Shown: positions 56,007 through 64,000 of the stretch, one piece after another
How positions within the stretch are numbered: the stretch's first letter is position 1
Layout: each line of letters opens with the position of its first letter
NCBI GenBank assembly: GCA_964349125.1
Contig: CAYGFH010000002.1
Span: 110,484-174,483, forward strand
Origin: an uncultured Gammaproteobacteria bacterium
GTDB lineage: Bacteria > Patescibacteriota > Microgenomatia > UBA10105 > UBA927
DNA length: 64,000 nt
Reading direction: 5' to 3'
Program-made: the position numbers and the translations under genes
Notes under the pieces: generated by a model
What the model saw: only the letters and a program-made list of their open reading frames with translations
Databases searched by the model: none
Told to the model about the DNA's origin: nothing

Positions 56007-59000
56007 TTATCTTGCTTCTTCCGCCTCGCTACAGCTATACATATCATTATGTAGTGTCGGATTATATCTATTGAAAAATGCTTCCATGCCAAATAAATCT
56101 CTGAGAACCTTCAGCTCATCAGCCCACCTGAGTGCTCCGTATTGTGATCGCGATTGCCCAAGAACCGTCGGGATAATGACTTCCGGAGATGTGTTATTTA
56201 AAAGCACCAATAAATTAAACGCATGATATGCTTCTCCGACGCGATTGACCAGTGAATAGTCCTTATATTCATTTTTAGCCAGAAGCGCATCTGCGTTGAA
56301 ATATCCTTCAATCGGATACGGCAATTCTTCCGGGTGACCGTATTGGGACAAAATCATATCTCCTGTAGTCTCAGGGGTTTTATACGCTGGCAATGTGTTA
56401 AAGGATAAATTAGACGAATATTCATCCAAAATATGTTTTCGCATCCAATTGGCGGATTGCCATAACGGAATCATTTCTTCACGATTTTGCTTAGCGGTAA
56501 ATGCCTGTCGGGATTGATACTTCAGATAGTTCGTAGTGTCTGTAAGAGCTAAATCTAAATCACCATTCTCATAATCCAAAAAATGCGCCAAAATATATGA
56601 AGCAGATACTGGAGTATTGGTTTCCTCCACTGTCTTCTCAATTTCTTTTGTCAACAAATAGAAAGCCTCTAATCTTGGTTTATATGAGTCTTCTGGCAAA
56701 TCTGTATTGAACGCGGCACTATACCCACCCCCGCGTCCTAATAAGTCCGTAATCGGCATGCCACGATAGGTTTGCTCTCCGACACCTTTTAAGCATGTAA
56801 ACGCAGATTTCGGCAGGTTTCCACTTGATCCACTTGTTCCCTCAACAGCTTTCCAACCATTTTCGATAAACAGTCGTATCAACGATTTTCCAACCATGTA
56901 ATCTGCCAAACCATCTTCACAAATGTCCTTTATGAGCTTATATTTCTCATCATCCTTCTGAATTTTTTTTGTGAATTGTGAAACTACTTCATAGGGTGAC
57001 GTATAGTCTCCATAACTCCAAATGACAGGCGCATTTGGATTATTTTCTCTATACAGATCAATTCCTTCCTGAACTATTTCCTTCACGGGACGTGCGTTTG
57101 GATTCTCTTGTGGCAACGCTGGCCCGTGCAACGTATCATCTTCTACAGCCATCTGTAACAAATCTTTGTGCCAGTACGATAGCCAAAGATACGCGGAGCC
57201 TTTCACTAGTAAGCGCCCTACTGTATAGCTCATTGTTCCCTCTTTGCATTTATTTAAGATGTCGGAAAGAAGTTGGAGTGAGAATACCCAGGTAAGTATT
57301 TGTCGTTTTTTCATCTTTTTTTCTCCACCACCCCCACCGTTTCCCTTTTCTGAATCTCGCAATCTCAACGCTTGGGCGACTGCAACAGGGGCGTGTGTGA
57401 TAATTTTTCCTACTGCAGCCAAACATGTTTTTCCAAAGCCCGCACCATCCCCGTCCTTCGCATAAACTTTGTGAATAAACGGATTTTGCCCCAATCCTCC
57501 CCCACCGCAATAATCTTCAACAGCAGCAATTTCTTCTTTAATTTGAACTGTTTCATTCTGAAATTGTAATTGTGTTGTTCCATTATTTGAAATACCTGAA
57601 TGACCATCCCTATCTGGATTTGAATATACATATCCTGGATTGGTGTTCATAAACACTGGTAGCTTATTTGGTATATTAATATTTTTATTCAACCAATTGC
57701 CTGGATTCAGATAATCATTTTCTTGCACTCTATTTGGTCTTATATTCTTGGATAGATTTTTTTCGTAACGTGCCTTTCGATATACCTGAGCAAGTGAGAA
57801 AATACGCACAGCATAGAAATTTTTTCTAAGCCCATAAATCAAAATATCTGCAGAAGCATCAGTATAGAAAATCGATATATTTTGTGTTTTTGAAGTAGGC
57901 ATTCTATTATTTGAAATTTCTATGGCTAAATACCTTGCCTCTTTCTCAATATTCATAACTTCCTCTGCTGTAAACTCATGCTGGAAATATTGTTTCAATG
58001 CCTTATATTGGGCACGATATGTTGAGTATTTGATATATCCTTTATAGATAAGTTCAGGCACATTATGGGTGAAGAATAATAAGCCACCCACTATAGCACT
58101 TGTCGGTTCAAACTTGTTGTCAACCAAAATTTGTGCGGACATAAGCGGCTGAAGTATAGTCCATGCATGTATACTTGTTTGGATAATTGTTTTTAATATA
58201 GTGCTTTGAACGTCTGCTGTAACACCTTCATCCTGTACCTTTTGAATAAATTCTCCGAGTCTATCAGTAGATTGCATAAATCGTAGTACTGATGGGTGAA
58301 TAATACCAAATATAGTCGGTTCAGATTGTGAGGATGCTTTTTTATTTTTTAGAAGCATAGTGCCAACACTCTTTTCCCATTCCTTGTCAATAATTTCCTG
58401 ATTGAGCTGTTTTTGAAGCTCTTTTAAGATAGACACTGTATTTTCCGCTTGGCGTATTCGTGCATCCCAACGTTCCGTCCATATTTGGACTGAGCTCACA
58501 GGGCGATTGCTTAGAGATATCTGTGTTTTATTTGTCGTGCCTCCTAAATAATTTCCGCTCCATTGCGCAAGAATAGCGGTATGTAATTTCGATGGAATAT
58601 CTGTCTGCTTCAGGAATTCACGCATTTCATTTTCAAAAGTTGATTCCAGATATAAGGTATCCGGAGTAAAGGCGTCGGAGTATTTTGATATTGTATCCTG
58701 AAAAATTTCATCCGAAGTCGCAAGTGATGATTGGATGTGCGCAACTTGTTTATGCATAAGCATTTTCATACGTTGTTCTTCTGTGAATTGGTATGGGTTA
58801 TAGTACCAACTATCAGTTCCAACGCCGTGTTGCTGAGACATGACTCTCATTAGAGTTCCTGTACCAAATAATGAGTCGATTAATGTTCCCAAAGCCGGAG
58901 CACTAAATTGTTGGCCATCTGATCCGACAAAGTGTTGTATTCCATACAAGTGTTCACTTCTGGCTGAAACGACGAGAGATCTCCAGACAAGCTGTTCTGG

Positions 59001-62000
59001 AAGATACGACATTAATACATCTAACACTGTACGAATACCGTATACAGACTCATCATACGAAGGAGCTCCCCCAGGGATGATTGAATGTGCAAGAGTCTCT
59101 GTAAGTCCTTCCATATTTCCTGTATCTACAGCAATCGATGGAACGTATGCAGTATTCGGTTGCATCATATGGATACTCTCATGTATTGATGTTTGCAACA
59201 GACTAATAAGTCCCATAATTACTTGCTGCCCTTCGGAAAAAACCGATAATCCAGCTACTGCAGTTTGAGTGCTTGATTGTTGCATCCCAGCTTCATTCGA
59301 TGTTAATGTTAATTTCAGTTGCTGCTCTATATACGAGATAGGAAATACAAGATCCTCGGGAGTGTGCCATGCGTCATTCCAACCCGTTCTCTCTTTCATA
59401 ACTTGCTTCGCTTTTGACTGTGATGCATGCTGTATTTCGCGATAATTATTTATGCTTCCGAAAATATCAAGAACATTTTCTATAGATGCCAATGCAAGCA
59501 TGCTGACAAATCTAAGCTTTTCATCACTTATATGCTCACTTGTCACACTATTTCCGAATCGTATGAAGAGTATTTTTAGAATTTCCCGCTCTTCCTGCGT
59601 AAACGATGAATAATCAAAAAGATTAGCGTTTAATCCTGAGACTTTGTGTAAGGTATCTCGATATTTTTTTAGCAAAATATCTAATTTTTTCATCGGGACG
59701 GTCACTGAATCACCACCCGCTATGTTCTTCGCAATATGATATGTTAAATCCTCGTAGGGAAATGGTATATGGAGTATCGATGCTGCTGCTTCATACTCTT
59801 CAAAATTTACGGCACCATGAGGACTCTCTGTAGATGTAGGTTGATGATTTTTTTGTGTGATTTTACGACTATTTTGCATATATAATACATACCCATTAAC
59901 AATATCTTCACTGAAGAGTATCTGCGTTGGGTTTAATGCTTTTATTTCTTTCATGATATATAAAATATCTTCCGTGGTCAGAATTGATCTGATGCCATTT
60001 TTAAGATCCAGAAGTCTAGGATGATGTTCAACCATTGGTTCAAGCGCATTGCTCACCAAAATTATTCGTTGAATTTTTTCTAAATTATTCACGGCCTCAG
60101 TAGCGTGGCGATTTATAACACTTGTTGAATCAGTATCATGTACGCGTACTGCTTTTCTTTGTCTAACACCGATTCCCTGTTTCAGTATTTGACTCAAACG
60201 TGAAGCTGGTATACCCATATCTGGTATAGCGAGTAACCAATCGGATGAAGTAGATATGATTGGTAATGAGCCGATATGTATACGGGCTAGCGTCCAATCC
60301 AATATGTTAAATACGCCTAAGGAAGTGATGAGTTTGGAAACATATTGAACAATTTGTAATTCCTTGAACAGCGTAATTGCATTTGATGAGATACCTGTTA
60401 TGGAATCTATCTGCTGCTGAGGTAATACAACGTCCAGGGCATGCCATACTCCCCAAGCTCCAATAGTGCTTCCCAAAATTCTCACTACTCTCGATGCTAT
60501 GCGTTTGGGCCAAAAATATTTCTCAAGTGGCTTTAGGGCCTCTGTAGTTATAGTATTTCCTAATTTATTGGCAAGCACCTTTAATAGCACTTCTGTCTCA
60601 TGTGGAGTTACATTTTCAAGGAATATTTTAGAAAAAACAGACATACGTATGTATATAACCGGAGCACGTTTCATATTGCCCTTTCGATCAATAATTGCAG
60701 AATGTGTTACAAATTGTGGCTTGTTATTCACAGTCCAATTAATCCAATCCAAACTCAGTATTTTGCCTATAATTGGTATGCGAAAAGGAGCTATGCTTGC
60801 CATGTACGCCCGGTATTCTTCAGGCGTCAGGATTACGCGGGTGCGTTCGGCGATCTGTATACCTGTAGCGTAGTCAATATTAGTTTCTATTACGGCCTTT
60901 TTAATCATTTCTTTGATAGCACCTGAATTCACTATCATCGTATAAGAAACTCCAGATCGATCAGTCTGATATGCGAAAGAGTTAGCATATTCAATTTCCT
61001 GTTGTCTCATCGGAAGAACCCAATGTTTTATGAGCATAAGTATACTTTCTTGTGGTATATTCGTTTTTGTCGAACCATACCCTCTCGATTGCATATACCT
61101 GATAATTGAACCGATCGGAGCAGTCCATATTTTTCGTATCGATTGAATACTGGTACTAACCAAAGGGTGATGTGCTATCCTGCTTCTCAACCCAGGTTTA
61201 CACGCAGATGCTGATGTGTCAGCGGCAAATACTATTTTGGTTAATCCGAAGCTATTGATTGTTACGGCGCATGCCTCTGCAGCATTCAGGCGCACCTCCT
61301 CAAACTTTGCTGCTATTTGGGACAAAATAGTATAGGTAAACCATTCAGAGGGAAGTCTGAACATTGATCCGTTTAGATAGATACTTGGTCTCACCGATGA
61401 TCCTCCGGATTTGTATTTAGCTATCAAAAAGAAATGTCCGCTGGATGTGAATGCCGGTATAAGCTGTTCGATATTTGACGGCTGGGGCGATGCCATGCCA
61501 AACCAACCAAAGCTTCCAGAGGCCGTCTGCATGAGGCCGCCTTCTTTCCCGTTACTACACGAATTAAATATGATGGAAGGATTTTCTACAAATACCTTTT
61601 TGATAATCGGTGCCAAAAATGAATCTTCGTATAAATCTGCTTTTGCGAGGATTTGATTCATATCGCTCGCATCACCAAAGGACATCTGATTGGCTGATCC
61701 ATGACCACCAAATACGCCAAATACCATGCGATTACCTCTCCCGTACCGCTCATGAAGTGTTTCGAGTTTTTTCCCTAGCGTTTGTATATCCTGTACCTCA
61801 ACTACTCTGACAAGTGGAGGTTTGAAGTCATACGAGGCATCGTGTAACTGTTTCATCTGCGAATGAAACGTCGAGAGCATTTTTATTTCGCTTAAAAATG
61901 CCCCGTTCCAATCAGCTTCCGGATTTATAATGACTCCATATTCTCGTGTTGTATCGTTTCTTTCATCGTACTGCGCAACGAGCATTTCTGTGGGATAGCG

Positions 62001-64000
62001 GGCGAAATTTTTTATGCCAAATTCATGTAACAATACAACTGCAGACCCTTTTCGTTCTTTCTCCAACCTCTCAATGGCAAGAATATTTTGCTCGTATGTA
62101 TAGAGGAAATCCCTATCTGATTTATTCAGAGGATCATATAAACTTGGGTTTATTTCTCGCATCGGGATCGGACCTAAATTCCATGCATTGCGTATAGCAC
62201 TGGTTTCCTCACCGGTAAAGCCATATTTCTGTATCAATAGGCTCACATTACGCGGCAGCAAGGTATCTCCGTTGGGATTCATCAGGGTGGCCATAAAATC
62301 AGAGGATGCTCTGGTGGGATAGAACCCTTCCATGGCACCGCTGAGAATGAGCATTTTATATCGCAATGGATTTTCGCGTAATCCTTTCCTGATCTCTGGA
62401 TTAAACGCCATGTCTAACATAGTATTCATCACATCTGAAGCCCGTCTTCCGTGAGGCAAGTACCCGTACGTTCCATTAATCTCATCCGTGATCACAGTAA
62501 CCTCTCGCATTCCTGCTCCATTGAGTGCCTCCGTAATCAGCGCTTTTTCATCGTTTGATAAGTAATCACGCAGACTTCGGAAATTCCCATAGTGGTAGTA
62601 CATTTCCCTCACAAAATCTTCGAGAGATGAATGCCCGTTTTCATTTACTATTGTTTGCATAAACGTAAATTGTGTACGAATATAGGAAAGTGCTTTTGCT
62701 TTTGCATTCGCTGATCCAAATCGAAGTATTTGCATGAGTGGATACATTCTGGTGTACCATGCTGCCGATCCGTCTCCATCGGTAAAGCGAAGAATGTCAT
62801 CAAAATGCGATTCCAAAAACCGGACTGATTCCCTATCTACTATAGAAATAGAATTATTAACGCTATAAGAAATAAGTTGTATCGATGCATTTGGGTCTTC
62901 TGCAAAGTGTTCTCGAAAAATGTCTGCATTAAATGCCAATATATCTATAACATTTTCCCGCCCGTTATCCGATGAATCATCAGCTGTAATAAACGAGACG
63001 AATGTATTCAATAGCGTGGCGTAATCCTCTTTCGACTTTGAAAGAAGTAGTAGATCTGTTCGAATATCTTCCTGTAACGATTCCCATTGTGGGGTTCTCC
63101 ATAATTTTCTATCTAGCGCAGCGAACTCTTTTACGTTAAAAAGAATTCGCGAAGCTGCTAGGCTTGCTGTAGTAGTACCTGGTGATTGCTTCTTCACAGT
63201 TTCAACCACAGAATCATCTGTTGTTGGAACAAGCGAACTGTTAGAATCCAGTGTTTTTTCTATCCACGCTTTGATTGCTCCAAAGAATTTTTGGACAGCG
63301 GTTTGCCGTGGAAGTGGCATAAGGGTATTGCCGGAAATTCTTAAAATTTCTTCGTTATTTTGGGTAAATATAATTGTTCTGGTATTTTCGAAATAGATGG
63401 TTTCATTTGGAGTAATTTGGTATTTGGTCGGGTCATCAGCAAAGTGGTAAAACCCTTCAGATGGTACTTTCCCAAGTAACTTCCCATTAGCATCGAAATA
63501 CTGTCCTCCTGCAGACAAAATTACACACCCTATACCTTCCCGCTGTGCAAACACTTGTGGAACCAAATGAAGGGCCCTGTCTCCGCAGAGATTGAATGAT
63601 TTTTTTGCTATCCCATTTTTTGACGGCTCAAATTCTGCCTGCTGCAATATTTCATATGTCCCCCGTGTTCCCCCACCCCAATGGATAGTATCTGCAGGGC
63701 CACCTTTATCTGCGCCCACACTAAATGAACCTCTCCCCACAAACTGTTCTGCATCATTACCGTTTGGACTGTCCCCTATCTTAATCACATCATCCAATTC
63801 AATTCCATGTTCCTGTAGGACTCTAAATATATTTCCTTTATTTGCTTCATTGGATCTGATTGAAATAGAGTGACGACTACGTGACACAGCTACAACTGGT
63901 AGTGATTGCTGCGTAATATACTTCTGTATCACACTCACTGCTGGAGACGTTAACTGAGCATCTTCTAACCAAAGTGTCAGTGACTCTTTTTCTTCATAGA
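56007..64000 (-). CDS. Giant multidomain protein (>2,660 aa), 5'-truncated at the window edge; N-terminal HAD/Cof-like fragment and a central region with a candidate His/Cys dyad
   Basis: The frame stays open past the track's GTG at 63938 to nt 64000. 'KGNIFRVLQEHGIELDDVIKIGDSPNGNDAEQF' resembles HAD motif III/IV. 'MVFGVFGGHGSAN ... IIFNSCSNGKEGG' appears mid-protein. GC is visibly lower than in the rest of the window. Confidence 0.55.
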   Translation of the reverse strand, partial: YEEKESLTLWLEDAQLTSPAVSVIQKYITQQSLPVVAVSRSRHSISIRSNEANKGNIFRVLQEHGIELDDVIKIGDSPNGNDAEQFVGRGSFSVGADKGGPADTIHWGGGTRGTYEILQQAEFEPSKNGIAKKSFNLCGDRALHLVPQVFAQREGIGCVILSAGGQYFDANGKLLGKVPSEGFYHFADDPTKYQITPNETIYFENTRTIIFTQNNEEILRISGNTLMPLPRQTAVQKFFGAIKAWIEKTLDSNSSLVPTTDDSVVETVKKQSPGTTTASLAASRILFNVKEFAALDRKLWRTPQWESLQEDIRTDLLLLSKSKEDYATLLNTFVSFITADDSSDNGRENVIDILAFNADIFREHFAEDPNASIQLISYSVNNSISIVDRESVRFLESHFDDILRFTDGDGSAAWYTRMYPLMQILRFGSANAKAKALSYIRTQFTFMQTIVNENGHSSLEDFVREMYYHYGNFRSLRDYLSNDEKALITEALNGAGMREVTVITDEINGTYGYLPHGRRASDVMNTMLDMAFNPEIRKGLRENPLRYKMLILSGAMEGFYPTRASSDFMATLMNPNGDTLLPRNVSLLIQKYGFTGEETSAIRNAWNLGPIPMREINPSLYDPLNKSDRDFLYTYEQNILAIERLEKERKGSAVVLLHEFGIKNFARYPTEMLVAQYDERNDTTREYGVIINPEADWNGAFLSEIKMLSTFHSQMKQLHDASYDFKPPLVRVVEVQDIQTLGKKLETLHERYGRGNRMVFGVFGGHGSANQMSFGDASDMNQILAKADLYEDSFLAPIIKKVFVENPSIIFNSCSNGKEGGLMQTASGSFGWFGMASPQPSNIEQLIPAFTSSGHFFLIAKYKSGGSSVRPSIYLNGSMFRLPSEWFTYTILSQIAAKFEEVRLNAAEACAVTINSFGLTKIVFAADTSASACKPGLRSRIAHHPLVSTSIQSIRKIWTAPIGSIIRYMQSRGYGSTKTNIPQESILMLIKHWVLPMRQQEIEYANSFAYQTDRSGVSYTMIVNSGAIKEMIKKAVIETNIDYATGIQIAERTRVILTPEEYRAYMASIAPFRIPIIGKILSLDWINWTVNNKPQFVTHSAIIDRKGNMKRAPVIYIRMSVFSKIFLENVTPHETEVLLKVLANKLGNTITTEALKPLEKYFWPKRIASRVVRILGSTIGAWGVWHALDVVLPQQQIDSITGISSNAITLFKELQIVQYVSKLITSLGVFNILDWTLARIHIGSLPIISTSSDWLLAIPDMGIPASRLSQILKQGIGVRQRKAVRVHDTDSTSVINRHATEAVNNLEKIQRIILVSNALEPMVEHHPRLLDLKNGIRSILTTEDILYIMKEIKALNPTQILFSEDIVNGYVLYMQNSRKITQKNHQPTSTESPHGAVNFEEYEAAASILHIPFPYEDLTYHIAKNIAGGDSVTVPMKKLDILLKKYRDTLHKVSGLNANLFDYSSFTQEEREILKILFIRFGNSVTSEHISDEKLRFVSMLALASIENVLDIFGSINNYREIQHASQSKAKQVMKERTGWNDAWHTPEDLVFPISYIEQQLKLTLTSNEAGMQQSSTQTAVAGLSVFSEGQQVIMGLISLLQTSIHESIHMMQPNTAYVPSIAVDTGNMEGLTETLAHSIIPGGAPSYDESVYGIRTVLDVLMSYLPEQLVWRSLVVSARSEHLYGIQHFVGSDGQQFSAPALGTLIDSLFGTGTLMRVMSQQHGVGTDSWYYNPYQFTEEQRMKMLMHKQVAHIQSSLATSDEIFQDTISKYSDAFTPDTLYLESTFENEMREFLKQTDIPSKLHTAILAQWSGNYLGGTTNKTQISLSNRPVSSVQIWTERWDARIRQAENTVSILKELQKQLNQEIIDKEWEKSVGTMLLKNKKASSQSEPTIFGIIHPSVLRFMQSTDRLGEFIQKVQDEGVTADVQSTILKTIIQTSIHAWTILQPLMSAQILVDNKFEPTSAIVGGLLFFTHNVPELIYKGYIKYSTYRAQYKALKQYFQHEFTAEEVMNIEKEARYLAIEISNNRMPTSKTQNISIFYTDASADILIYGLRKNFYAVRIFSLAQVYRKARYEKNLSKNIRPNRVQENDYLNPGNWLNKNINIPNKLPVFMNTNPGYVYSNPDRDGHSGISNNGTTQLQFQNETVQIKEEIAAVEDYCGGGGLGQNPFIHKVYAKDGDGAGFGKTCLAAVGKIITHAPVAVAQALRLRDSEKGNGGGGGEKKMKKRQILTWVFSLQLLSDILNKCKEGTMSYTVGRLLVKGSAYLWLSYWHKDLLQMAVEDDTLHGPALPQENPNARPVKEIVQEGIDLYRENNPNAPVIWSYGDYTSPYEVVSQFTKKIQKDDEKYKLIKDICEDGLADYMVGKSLIRLFIENGWKAVEGTSGSSGNLPKSAFTCLKGVGEQTYRGMPITDLLGRGGGYSAAFNTDLPEDSYKPRLEAFYLLTKEIEKTVEETNTPVSASYILAHFLDYENGDLDLALTDTTNYLKYQSRQAFTAKQNREEMIPLWQSANWMRKHILDEYSSNLSFNTLPAYKTPETTGDMILSQYGHPEELPYPIEGYFNADALLAKNEYKDYSLVNRVGEAYHAFNLLVLLNNTSPEVIIPTVLGQSRSQYGALRWADELKVLRDLFGMEAFFNRYNPTLHNDMYSCSEAEEAR

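Noticed and set aside
1-64000. Searched for CRISPR arrays, rRNA and tRNA genes, and integrase or transposase genes
   Set aside because: No regularly spaced 25-40-bp direct repeats, no tRNA-like GTTCGA/T-loop contexts and no recombinase motifs were seen. The only repetitive DNA is the 7-bp arrays and the two MITE-like copies.
56007-64000. Considered calling the giant ORF an RHS/polymorphic toxin or an Ig-repeat adhesin
   Set aside because: No YD/RHS repeats, no PT-HINT and no tandem Ig/cadherin periodicity are visible. Only a HAD-like N-terminal fragment and a tentative His/Cys region can be argued.

Overview
This 64 kb window is a gene-dense cell-surface island with four blocks. Small-genome, dockerin-rich, T4P-bearing lineages such as CPR/Patescibacteria come to mind, but I cannot establish taxonomy from this window. 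The blocks are:

- 1-9.9 kb: five consecutive signal-peptide proteins, each with a different enzymatic or binding body and each ending in a Ca-binding dockerin-like module. They surround a membrane-anchored protein with a cohesin-like beta-sandwich.
- 9.9-11.6 kb: three tandem prepilin-type (type IV pilin-like) genes, divergently adjacent to a Wzy_C/TPR candidate O-oligosaccharyltransferase.
- 12-56 kb: a very large glycan-biosynthesis island. It has at least 12 paralogous polytopic GT-C-like membrane proteins, five DPM1-like GT2 enzymes and three small membrane proteins with winged-helix-like tails. Its sugar-nucleotide pathways are a 3,6-dideoxyhexose E1/DdhA/DdhB set with a YerE-like ThDP enzyme and a DmpG/DmpF-like pair, a WbpB/WbpE/WbpD-like triad, and a WecE/WecD-like pair.
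- 56-64 kb: a >2,660-aa, lower-GC giant ORF running off the window edge.

Superimposed on this are unusual sequence-level features: a dispersed family of 7-bp tandem repeats (CGATTAA/CGGTTAA/GCGAATC and related) present both intergenically and in-frame inside CDSs, a two-copy MITE-like palindromic element (one copy in-frame inside a gene), and a conserved structured leader shared by two paralog genes. I found no rRNA, tRNA or CRISPR. Family-level calls for well-known enzymes are moderately confident; the GT-C-like, cohesin and giant-protein domain calls are inference from motifs only.
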